A stretch of 64,000 nucleotides of DNA from an uncultured Gammaproteobacteria bacterium (GTDB taxonomy: Bacteria; Pseudomonadota; Gammaproteobacteria; JABCZS01): positions 640,001-704,000 of the forward strand of contig CAWKDC010000001.1 of NCBI GenBank assembly GCA_963848305.1, written 5' to 3'. Below, in pieces: positions 20,656 through 30,661 of this stretch (its first letter is position 1; the number at the start of each line of letters is the position of its first letter). The notes below the pieces were generated by a model that saw only the letters and a list, made by a program, of their open reading frames with translations, did not search any database and was not told the DNA's origin. The translations under genes were made by a program, and so were the position numbers.

Positions 20656-20693
20656 AAAAACCCCCGATGCGGAAGTATCGGGGGTTTTTCTTT
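20656..20693. terminator. Intrinsic terminator (likely bidirectional)
   Basis: AAAAACCCCCGATGC-GGAA-GTATCGGGGGTTTTT. Confidence 0.85.
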
Positions 20694-20820
20694 GTCACAA
20701 TTCCCGACCCCTCAAAGAGTACACATATCTTCAAGTCAGCGTCGAGAATATTTATTATTGACAATAAAAATATTGATGGATATGATACCTCTTGTGCTTC
20801 TCAAAGCAGGGAGAATAATA

Positions 20821-23800
20821 ATGACAATTGTTTATAAAAATAACATATTGTATGTGGATAATGAACCCGTGATTCATGAAGGATCTGATGGCTACGCCGA
20901 CATGCAACAGTTGTGCTGGGTTCAGGTGGGCGACAAACGCATCATCAAACCCTTCACCGCACGCGTGTATGCAAAAGATCTAGAAAACCTGTGTGAAGAT
21001 GTGCGCGTGAATGGGCATCGCGTCGCGACGATCCATTCCTATTTTAAAAAATGCTATGGCGATGAAATGTCAGAGGGTGGCGTGAAAAGTGGTACCAAAG
21101 GTGGGTCATCGCATTTCATCACAGCATCGCCCAATGTCTCTCATGAAGGTATGCGGTTTGTACGTCGCGGGGATATGATCATTGCCAACAACCGTAATTC
21201 GGTTATTGGTGCATGGCAAGATTCACCGCCCAATGCGCCGTCTTTTCAAGATAAATGCCAATCCAAATTGATTAGCCCCAACGATCAGATTGAAACGGTG
21301 ACACTCTCAGTTCAACTTAATCCATATGATACAAAACCGAATCGAACACTGCCCTTTCACCGCGCACTTTCAGTATCAACGCCTGAGCAAGAATTTATCG
21401 CATACGCACATACCACGGGCGCAATTGCTGTCGATCATAAAATCACTTTTCAATTGTCTGTCCCACGGGCTGACAAAATAGAAGTACGTGAATGCTTAAA
21501 CGATCCAGCTGGCGACTTGTATAGCGTGCATCAAGGGTTCGGAAATGTGAACATGATTGTCGCTGATTTTAAAACATTTAGCTCACCGGAAAATGATCCA
21601 GCGCATATTCAAGCGGTATTTTCAGATACATGGATTTATATATTGAAAGATGGACAACCATGGCGCGAAATGAAAGGAAACCATGAAATAAATTTGATAA
21701 AAGAAGCAGGCAAAGATATTCGCACCAGCCGAATATCGACTGATCGTGGCATTTTATTCAATGTGTCTGATCAAGAGGGGAAACATGAGTATGCTTATAT
21801 TATTTCTCCTGTTCAATTTACTTGGCAACAAATGCAATCCATTCCAGCCAGAGATGCAGTCGAGATGATATTCGGAAAATACCCAGAGGAACCAGTCCCA
21901 GACACCTATTTATCGCATGAATCCGTGTTCAACTATCCTCATCCTTCAGTCGCTGTGGTTTACATGAAAGATCCAGTAGGTCACGCTAGGTATTTAGCAG
22001 ATCAGATCATTGCACTTCACGATGCTCACATGGATTTTTTATCTGAACATACAGATTTATACCATTCAGGAAAATTGGTTGGTGATGTGCTGCAAGCATT
22101 GCAGGAACATGGTGAAGACTATCGGAAACATGTTCGAGATACAGAACGGTTAGAACAGGCACGATTATATGAAGAAACGTTGAAAATATACGAAATGAAA
22201 CTTGCTGAGTTAACAGATTTGTTGAAAGCATGTGTGGAACAAGCAGAGTCAAGCCATGCCTGGCAACAAGTTGATTTGACACAAACACATCATTTGGATC
22301 AACTGTCACAAGATTGGTATCGCATGGGCATGGCATTGAATCAAACGCAGATCGGCCGTGAATGTATAGTACAATTTTTGAAAGATGAACGAAGTACTCT
22401 GAATTATCTTTTAAATGCCGTTCCCGTTGTCGCGATATCATCCAGCACCAAAGGCATTGCGATGTCTTTGCTTGAGATGCTTGCCATTCCCTCTGCGAGT
22501 TATACGGAAGGTTTTCAAAAGCTGATTGCTTGGGTCAATAAGGTTTTTAAGGGGTTTGTTGACGCGAAAATCGTTCAAACATCATTCGACGAATTATCAA
22601 AACAAAGCCGTCCACTTTCATTGCCCATTGAGGTCGACCCGCATCATTTCGTCCTCACCATCACGCCTGATCGCCGGTTAGAGACGTTGGAAAATGACAC
22701 AGCTGCCCATACCCAAAAAAACTTGCTCAACCTCGACTACCCTCACAACAAAAAACGCTCTATCATATTGAATCCGTGACAATCAATGGTATGCCCGTAC
22801 ACCGCATCGCCAATGATCTGATTAAGCATCCTATGCTACATCAAATCTTTGTGATATTAGGGAGTGCGAATGCGGTGAGCGTGATGAGGCAGATGGACAC
22901 ATCTGATATCTCGTGTCAAGAAAAGTATCTATTGATAGCGGAGTTTATTAGTGGAATCGCTGAAACATTAACCTCAATTATTGAAATATCTGCATTAAAC
23001 ATTTATGCATCACAAAAAATTGGGAAACACAAAACTGCATCATTTATGAAGCTATTGACTCGAAAATTTTCGGGTATTGGCATATTAATCTATGCCGGGA
23101 CAGACATGTATAGAGGATTAAGCGCATTAAAATCAGGTTCAACTGGACTGGCTGCTGGATATGGTGCTGGTGTTGCGTCAGGGATGTTTTCATTCACCCT
23201 TTTGTTCACTAATGCCATTGCGACCACATTCTGTCTTCTTAATATTGTTCTATTAGCAAGTTCATTGTTCTTTGGCATTCTCAGCGTCATATTGCTAACA
23301 TATTTTTATAAAAATGAATGGGAAGAATGGCTCTATCAATCACCATGGGGAGCATCTGATACGCGTGTGGCAAAGCATCAAGATTCATTATTGAGATTGT
23401 TTAAAATCTTACAGATGGTTTATGTCAGTGACGTGCGGTATCTTGACAGTTCATTGCGTCAAAAAATACCACCTAAGCGTTATGAGAAAGTGATTCGAGA
23501 ACCGATTGATGGATCGATCCCAGTATTACGAGAAATAATACCCTCCCTGCATCAGGAACTGATGCGAAGCCCTATCCTGTTAACCATCAAAATCGTTCCC
23601 GTTCCAGATGCCGTGATCTTGGGATTTTTTGCAAAAAATAAGGCATTTGATATTCTAGGAAACCCTGAAATCCTGGCACCTTTCCGATATGAAAGATTTC
23701 ACAAAACAGATAATGATCATTCGCATTATATGACCATCAATCTACCTGGAAATATTTTGCCTGCTTCAGGTGAATCGCTTAAATTAACCTTGCGTTATCT

Positions 23801-23906
23801 TCTGCCACACGGCAAAGAATACGCAATGATTGAAACACGACATTTTCAAATTGAATACGATCGTTTGAATTATGTTTACCAGACAAGGCAAGTAAACTCA
23901 ATCTAA
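20821..23906 (+). CDS. DUF4150 (PAAR-like)-VasX_N/MIX-type toxin with hydrophobic C-terminal region; split by a frameshift between 22698 and 22776
   Basis: N-terminal GDEMSEGGVKSGT...SPNV..EG...RRGD....NNRN (DUF4150 pattern); WIYILKDGQPWRE, SPVQFTW, DPVGHARYL (VasX_N-like); Gly/Ala TM cluster then EWEEWLYQSPWG in ORF 22776-23906. Confidence 0.72.
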
Positions 23907-23918
23907 GAAGATCGAGAA

Positions 23919-24056
23919 GGCCGAAGGCCTTAAAGATTCTAACCCAGGGTAAAGTGCGCGAAGCGCACTGTAACCCTGGGTAATGTATGAGAGACTTTAT
24001 TGAGCACTGAAAGTGCGAAAGAAAAGCTTATAGCACATGTAATGCGCTTCAGCGCA
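23919..24056. repeat. Multi-hairpin palindromic element (MITE/REP-like)
   Basis: GGCCGAAGGCC; ACCCAGGGT...GTGCGCGAAGCGCAC...ACCCTGGGT; GCACTGAAAGTGC; TGCGCTTCAGCGCA. Confidence 0.65.
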
Positions 24057-24087
24057 TGGGTATTGGTTGGACAATAATGGGGCAGTA

Positions 24088-25020
24088 ATGATTCAGTGGT
24101 TGATAAAAAAATATAGACTCAAATTGAAACAAAATCCAAACTATATTCGACAAAAACCCATGGGACGTGGCGCGCCCACCTGGGATGAATGGGAATATTT
24201 ACAACAATTTGATTGGTATTATGATGAATTTACATTTGAAAAGCGCTTCTCGTTTAAGGAAAGCGACTTAATCGAAAACCAAAAAAATTCTTCTCCATGC
24301 CTAACTTTCAAAAATGACAAGCTTATATTGAAAGTATTTTGTCATAATAATTTAGATGCATCAAGAAAAGTCATTGGCTCCTTTTCCGTTTTCCAATTAT
24401 TTCCAATTTTTTCGTTTGTTTTTGCAATATTATATTTCTCGGCATGGCTTTCACAGAGTGACATAAATTTTATACATCACTTTTTATCATTGTTTTTTGG
24501 TCTTCCAATTTTTATTTCTTGCTCATTGTTATTAAAAGTGGTCAAAGAATCCGCCGACATCCCCTATGCTATTTTTGACGGACATCAAAATACAATGATT
24601 ATTCGAAGTCAAGCTGGTGATGAGCACATTTCGTACGATCGGATCAGTTTTCAACTGTTGTCCATCTATGAAACCGCGTTAGGCGGTGCAATTGAAATGA
24701 ATATTTCATATGAGCATGAAGGATTACCGCCCAAGCAAATTATCACAGATATTTTTGAGACACCGCAACAAGCTCACAGTATTTTGAAAACCTATTATAC
24801 AATCTTGTCGGGTGATCCAACGATTTATGAGCAAGACTTGAAACCACATCCTGTAACATGGCGAGAATTTAATTTGCCATTTTGGCAGGCTGCAAAGGCA
24901 TATCGGGCGTCGTCCATGCGTCGGTTGATGTGTGTTTTCCCGCATTATTTATGTTTCCGCTTGATCCACGGGCATCCGATGGCAGTGTTGAGAGAGTATG
25001 AAATGGAAAAAGATTTGTAG
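24088..25020 (+). CDS. Membrane protein, putative cognate immunity protein
   Basis: AT-rich orphan with two central TM helices, directly downstream of the toxin. Confidence 0.55.
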   Translation: MIQWLIKKYRLKLKQNPNYIRQKPMGRGAPTWDEWEYLQQFDWYYDEFTFEKRFSFKESDLIENQKNSSPCLTFKNDKLILKVFCHNNLDASRKVIGSFSVFQLFPIFSFVFAILYFSAWLSQSDINFIHHFLSLFFGLPIFISCSLLLKVVKESADIPYAIFDGHQNTMIIRSQAGDEHISYDRISFQLLSIYETALGGAIEMNISYEHEGLPPKQIITDIFETPQQAHSILKTYYTILSGDPTIYEQDLKPHPVTWREFNLPFWQAAKAYRASSMRRLMCVFPHYLCFRLIHGHPMAVLREYEMEKDL

Positions 25021-25080
25021 GGGCGCATATTTTCCCCCGTGCGACACAGGCGCGTCTTCGACGCACAGGCGCCCGCGACA
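25017..25080. repeat. GTAG-type REP-like palindrome
   Basis: GTAGGGGCG... followed by GCGTCTTCGACGC hairpin, between convergent genes. Confidence 0.45.
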
Positions 25081-25092
25081 GCGGGAAAAATC

Positions 25093-25824
25093 CTACAAAA
25101 ATCTTTGCCGCATCACCTCGTACAACGCTATCCCCGTCGCAACGGATACGTTCAGGCTTTGCATTTCATTTTGCATCGGAATATATGCAAGAAAATCGCA
25201 GTGTTTTTGTGTGCCGGCACGAATGCCCTCGCCTTCGGAACCCATCACAATCGCAATCGAACCTTTCAAATCCAATTGAGACAAAGGCTTGGCTTGCTCA
25301 TTCAATACGGTGCCGACAATCCAAATGCGTTCATCTTTCATCATCTCTAGCGCGCGCGATAAATTAGTGACAGCAAATAAATCCAACTGTTCAACAGCCC
25401 CACTGGCGACTTTATGTACAATCGGTGTGATTTGCGCCTGCTTGTCTTTGGGCCAGACGACAGCCGTCACGCCAAATGCGGCGGCTGAACGCAAGCATGC
25501 GCCCAAATTATGGGGATCTTGAATCCCATCCAGGACTAAAATCAAGGGATTATCTGGTAATTTAGCCAGAAAAGTTTTGAAAGACTTTTCATCGCCAATT
25601 TTTTTATCATTCATCATCAGTGCAATGCCTTGATGATTGGCATCACGCACATGTTGATCCAACTGATTGACACGTTCTATGCGAACGCCGAATGATTGTG
25701 CCAAAGAAACCACTTCAGTTAAACGGGCATCTTTCTTATCGATTTGCACATACAATGTTTTCGCATCTTCAGGTGAAGATTTTAAACATTGAGCTACTGC
25801 GTGAAACCCATACACCCATCTCAT
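25093..25824 (-). CDS. rlmB: 23S rRNA (G2251-2'-O)-methyltransferase
   Basis: YGFHAV, HQG, DPHNLGACLRSA, GSEGEG, SLNVSVATGI; downstream of rnr. Confidence 0.96.
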   Translation of the reverse strand: MRWVYGFHAVAQCLKSSPEDAKTLYVQIDKKDARLTEVVSLAQSFGVRIERVNQLDQHVRDANHQGIALMMNDKKIGDEKSFKTFLAKLPDNPLILVLDGIQDPHNLGACLRSAAAFGVTAVVWPKDKQAQITPIVHKVASGAVEQLDLFAVTNLSRALEMMKDERIWIVGTVLNEQAKPLSQLDLKGSIAIVMGSEGEGIRAGTQKHCDFLAYIPMQNEMQSLNVSVATGIALYEVMRQRFL

Positions 25825-28026
25825 TTTTTCTTTTTCACCTTCTCAACCAATAAGAAATCAATTTTACGATCATCTAAATGCACGGCCGCGATTTTCACGG
25901 TGACTTTATCGCCGATGCGGAAAATCACACCGCTGCGATCGCCTGTTAAGCGGTGATGAATCGCATCGTATTGATAGTAATCATTATCAAGCGATGCCAC
26001 ATGTACCAGCCCTTCCACAAAAATATCCGTGAGTTCAACAAAGATACCAAAACCAGTGACCGATGTGATCATGCCTTCAAATGTTTCGCCGACGTGATCT
26101 AGCATGTATTCACATTTGAGCCAATGCGTGACATCTCGAGTGGCTTCATCGGCGCGACGTTCAGTCATGGAGCAATGTTCACCCATTTGCGCCAACATCT
26201 TTTCATCGAAATGGGCTTTATCGACATGGCCAGATAATACTTCTTTTAACGCACGATGCACAATCAAGTCTGGATAACGGCGAATCGGTGAAGTGAAGTG
26301 TGTGTAAGAATCGAATGCTAAGCCGAAATGGCCCATGTTGTCTTTCAAATACACTGCCTGTTTCATTGAGCGTAATGCGACTGTTTGTAATAACTGTTTA
26401 TCATCGCGGTCACGAATGCTTTCGATCAGTTTGGCATAATGTTTGGGCTCTGGATCGTCGCCACCACCCAACACCAAGCCAAAGGGTGCCAAAAATTGGC
26501 GTAATTCATTCAGCTTTTCAGGCAAGGGTTTTTCATGGACACGGAACAAAGCAGGCATATCATGCTCAATTAAAAAGTTGGCAACTGTCTGGTTTGCAGC
26601 CAGCATGCATTCTTCAATCAGTTTATGTGCGACATTGCGTGTGCGTGGGACGATTTTAGAAATCTTTTTATTCTCGTCAAATAATATTTGTGTTTCAACT
26701 GTTTCAAAATCGATGGCTCCACGTTTTTCACGCTGGGCCAACAAACGCTCGTACAATGCATGCAGAACGGTAATATCTTCACATAATTCAGCAGGAATAT
26801 CATGCGGCTGGTTTTCTAAAAATGCAGCGACCCGCGTGTAGGTTAAGCGTTCTTTCGAACAAATCACGCCATCATAAATCTCACTGTGTTTGATCACGCC
26901 CGCATTCGATATATCCATTTGGCACACCATCACCAAACGATCCACATACGGTTTCAATGAGCATAAACCGTTCGATAAAATTTCCGGCAACATGGGAATC
27001 ACGCGGTTGGGGAAATAAACAGAATTACCGCGTTCATAGGCGGAATGATCCAACGCCGTACCAGGCTTCACATAATATGCCACATCCGCAATTGCGACAT
27101 ATAATTGATATCCGCCTTTCGTTTTTCTGGCGTACACAGCATCGTCGAAATCTCTGGCGTCTTCACCATCAATCGTCACAAAATGCAAATCACGTAAATC
27201 TTTGCGGCCTTCATACGCTTCTTTTGGAACCGTTTCGGTTCAGATTTTTCACTTCCGCTTCAACTTCAGGATCGAATGCAAACGGCAAACCATGTGCACG
27301 TACAGCGACATCCACTTCTAACCCAGGGCCCATGTGTTCGCCCAATATTTCAATCACTTCACCCATGGCATACTTGTGTGCCGTGGGAGGATGCGTGATT
27401 TTAACGACGACGATGTCACCCGATTTGGGATGCAATGCGCCTTGATGAATCAAAATGTCTTGCGCAATTTCACGTGAGCCGGGAACGACATAAGGCACCC
27501 CCGCTTCAACCGCATAACGCCCGACCACTTGCGGGGTGTTGCGTTCCAGAATTTCAACAATTTTACCCTCATGACGGCCTTTGCGATCGGGAAAACTCTC
27601 GCGCGCAATGACGCGATCTCCATGAAATACTTGGCGCATTTCAAATGGGGATAAAAACAGATCTTTGCTGCCATCGTCAGGCACGAGAAAACCGAAACCA
27701 TCTTTATGAGCTTGCACACGGCCGGCCACGAGACGCATTTTGTCGAGCAGCCCGTAGTTGCCGCGGCGATTGACTGCCAACTGGCCATCGCGCACCATCG
27801 CACGCAAGCGACGATCCAACGCTTCTAAATCGGATTCACTGCTTAGATGCAATAACTCAGCGATTTCTTCAAAATTCTGGGGTTTCCCGACACCTTCCAA
27901 TGTCATCAAGATAAATTCACGGCTGGGGATAGGGGATTCGTATTTTTGGGCTTCCCGCTCATGATGGGGATCTTTCGATTTTTTCAACTTTTTCGACTCT
28001 TTTAACGCTTTAGACTTTCTAGGCAT
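25821..28026 (-). CDS. rnr: Ribonuclease R, frameshifted near 27240
   Basis: PIPSREFI, cold-shock domains, TIDGEDARDFDDAV, HFTSPIRRYPD, S1 domain; two ORFs join across the shift. Confidence 0.95.
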
Positions 28027-28413
28027 ACTTTGATTCGCTCCTGCGATGTTTGGCTTCCATATTTCTGGCTGCATTCTAACACAGAATGCAGTATCATTCA
28101 CCTTTTAGTATCGGCACTTAAAGAGGCCACATGTACAAGTCAACTTCATCAGAATATGCCCCTGCATCGTTTTGGCGCCGCCTGGGGGCACTTTTTTATG
28201 ATGTCTTGGCCAGCCTGGCCCTGCTCATGTTCGCCAGTGCCTTGTGGTTGCCGTTTTACGGCGGGCATGCGGTACCCCCTGGAAACCACTGGTATCAAGC
28301 TTCCTTGATTGGGGTGTTATATCTCTATTTTGGATATTCTTGGCACAAGGGGCAAACACTGGGGATGCGAGCCTGGCGGCTTTATATCACTGATTTATCT
28401 GGAAAACCTGTTT

Positions 28414-30289
28414 CAGCAGTTCCCGCCAAGCAAATGCTATTATCCAAACTCACTCTCATGATCGGTGTTTAGGAATTTAGGGCGAGCAAAAGCTTCTAAT
28501 AGAATTTAGATAAGATTATTAAAGTTATTTTTTCTGGCTCAAAAATCAAAAAATCATTCGACACTACTTACGCACGTTGATCCAACAGCTTAACTATCAA
28601 TAATGAGCTGCGCCCCATATTCTCCGCCACTGGATATAGCCGTAAATAAATCATGCCAACTTTCAATAAAGTAACACATAAAAAATGCGCGCATTCTTTC
28701 CCATAGCGACGTTCGAGACCGATATCTTTCTCGAGCTTGCTTAAAAAGATGACAGCTTAATTCTTGAACTTGATCTACAAAAAAAGCCAACAACATAAGC
28801 ATGCCAAAAATCGTGCAAAGATTTTTATATCCATGGCCAAAATTGTGTGAAAAATGATAATTTTGATTTTTGAGCGTATTAAATGCATTATTTTCTATTT
28901 TCCAGTTTGAACGTCCTCCTCTCATGATGTCATATAAATTCTCTTGCGTAATTTGAATATCGGTAACCCAGCTAAAATGTTGCACTTTCCCTTTCTTATC
29001 TGTCTCCCAATATTCCAAAAAATTAACCTTAAAATCAGGGTGGCTTCTATTAAGCGGCGCCTGATTTCTATAGCGATAACGGTGTGTTTTTCCATCTGTC
29101 GTGCTCTGACAGTATTCCGTGCAGTCAGCACCTTCAAGCCATTCAAATAAAAATTCATGATCACCTGGCTTAACACCCACAATATAACGCATATCTAAGG
29201 CATTTAAATCTCGCAAATGAGGCACATTAGAAGCCAGCGCGTCTTCAACAACAATAAATTTTAAATGTGGGTGCTCGCGTCTGGCATCAGAATATAAGCG
29301 CTTAGCTGCATTTCGTTCACAATCATTCTTTGTGCATCCATCTGTCTTTGCAATCGCTTCAGGGGCAAGTGGTAACACTATTTTTTTGTCAGGATGTACA
29401 ATAGCCGCACAAAACATATTGTGATAATAATGAACCTGCTCATCAGGCTGTGGCAGCCGATAGTGCTCCGTCAGCATCTCATGGATAAGCACATGCTCTG
29501 TCTCGAGTAAATCTCGTTTTGTTCTACCTTTTAACAGTGCGTTTAATTCAGGCAGCGCGTTCAGATCAATCATCAGCCACTGTTTCTTCCCATCTACAAA
29601 ATATAGCGTCCATTCATCCCCCCATGGAGAATCAATAGGCTTAATCAACACATAAGTATTTTTTTTGGCAGTTTTAGGGCGCTTTGATCGAATGATGACG
29701 TGACATTGACCATAGTGTTTGCTGCAACAGTTTTCACAATGCACGCTAGGCGATGAAAAAAAACCAGTCCCATCCCCAGCTAACAAATAATGTCCTTTCA
29801 GTAAATATTCAAATTCTTCCAGCGCTTTCCCACGTTGCACACATGCAAATACCCGCTTAAATGCTTGCCTAACTGCATTAGGCTCTACCTCATCACAGCG
29901 CTCTCGCATATAGGTGTCACAGGGCGCTTGTTCCACTCCAAATAATGTACGTAAATTATGTCGAGTTATTTTTTCACTTAAGCTTTCATCAAATTTCAAT
30001 AACGAAGGATATTTTAAAGAAAAAACTGCTAAACCGGACATTAGACAATCAACTAATGTAATAGGCGTGCCTCGTTCAACACGTGCATGAGGCAGATCAA
30101 TTTTCGCAAATTGATTGCGAATTATGCCGAGCAGCCCATTCGCCGATAAATATTTTTTTGGTAATTTCATTAACTAACCTTCCTTGGTATGTGCTCATGT
30201 TAGAAACACTATATTATCCAAAAAGTTTACGAAATGAAATTTAAAAATTACCTATTTATCAAGCGTTTTTTACTTGGCGGGAACTGCTG
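28414..30289 (-). mobile_element. Complete insertion sequence (DDE; ISNCY/ISDol1-like, tentative)
   Basis: 17-bp perfect TIRs CAGCAGTTCCCGCCAAG (28414-28430; 30273-30289) and 9-bp TSD AACCTGTTT (28405-28413; 30290-30298). Confidence 0.93.
28590..30170 (-). CDS. DDE transposase
   Basis: MSGLAVFSLKYPSLL, AGDGTG (D), DCE..AAKR, VEDAL (D), GRSNWKIENNAFNTLK (E). Confidence 0.9.
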   Translation of the reverse strand: MKLPKKYLSANGLLGIIRNQFAKIDLPHARVERGTPITLVDCLMSGLAVFSLKYPSLLKFDESLSEKITRHNLRTLFGVEQAPCDTYMRERCDEVEPNAVRQAFKRVFACVQRGKALEEFEYLLKGHYLLAGDGTGFFSSPSVHCENCCSKHYGQCHVIIRSKRPKTAKKNTYVLIKPIDSPWGDEWTLYFVDGKKQWLMIDLNALPELNALLKGRTKRDLLETEHVLIHEMLTEHYRLPQPDEQVHYYHNMFCAAIVHPDKKIVLPLAPEAIAKTDGCTKNDCERNAAKRLYSDARREHPHLKFIVVEDALASNVPHLRDLNALDMRYIVGVKPGDHEFLFEWLEGADCTEYCQSTTDGKTHRYRYRNQAPLNRSHPDFKVNFLEYWETDKKGKVQHFSWVTDIQITQENLYDIMRGGRSNWKIENNAFNTLKNQNYHFSHNFGHGYKNLCTIFGMLMLLAFFVDQVQELSCHLFKQARERYRSRTSLWERMRAFFMCYFIESWHDLFTAISSGGEYGAQLIIDS

Positions 30290-30389
30290 AACCTGTTTCT
30301 TTTCGTCAGACAATCCTACGATTCCTGACTGCACCCCTTAATTTATTTTATGATAAATGGTCTGGAACCATTATCTATTGGAGAAAACC

Positions 30390-30659
30390 ATGACAAAGCG
30401 CCCCGTCACCATTGTGAACAAGCTGGGGATGCATGCCCGGGCAGCCGCCAAGTTTGTGCAGGCCGCCTCGCACTTCGAGAGCTTGATTGAGGTGGAGTAT
30501 AAAGGCCGCACAGTCAACGGCAAGAGTATCATGGGTGTGATGATGCTGGCTGCCAGCCAAGGCGCCACCATCACCCTCCTTGCCCAAGGCCCTGACAGCG
30601 ACGCGGCCCTTGATGCCTTATGCGAGCTGGTCGAGGGGAAGTTTGGGGAGGGAAGCTAG
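30390..30659 (+). CDS. ptsO: HPr-family phosphocarrier (NPr)
   Basis: NKLGMHARAA (His15), GKSIMGVMMLAA (Ser46). Confidence 0.88.
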   Translation: MTKRPVTIVNKLGMHARAAAKFVQAASHFESLIEVEYKGRTVNGKSIMGVMMLAASQGATITLLAQGPDSDAALDALCELVEGKFGEGS

Positions 30660-30661
30660 GA

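Larger units (their letters stand above)
28131..30393 (+). pseudogene. RDD family protein interrupted by an IS
   Basis: PASFWRRLGALFYD...GQTLGMRAWRL; removing the IS and one TSD restores GKPVSFRQTILRF...YDKWSGTIIYWRKP*, whose TGA overlaps the ptsO ATG. Confidence 0.9.
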
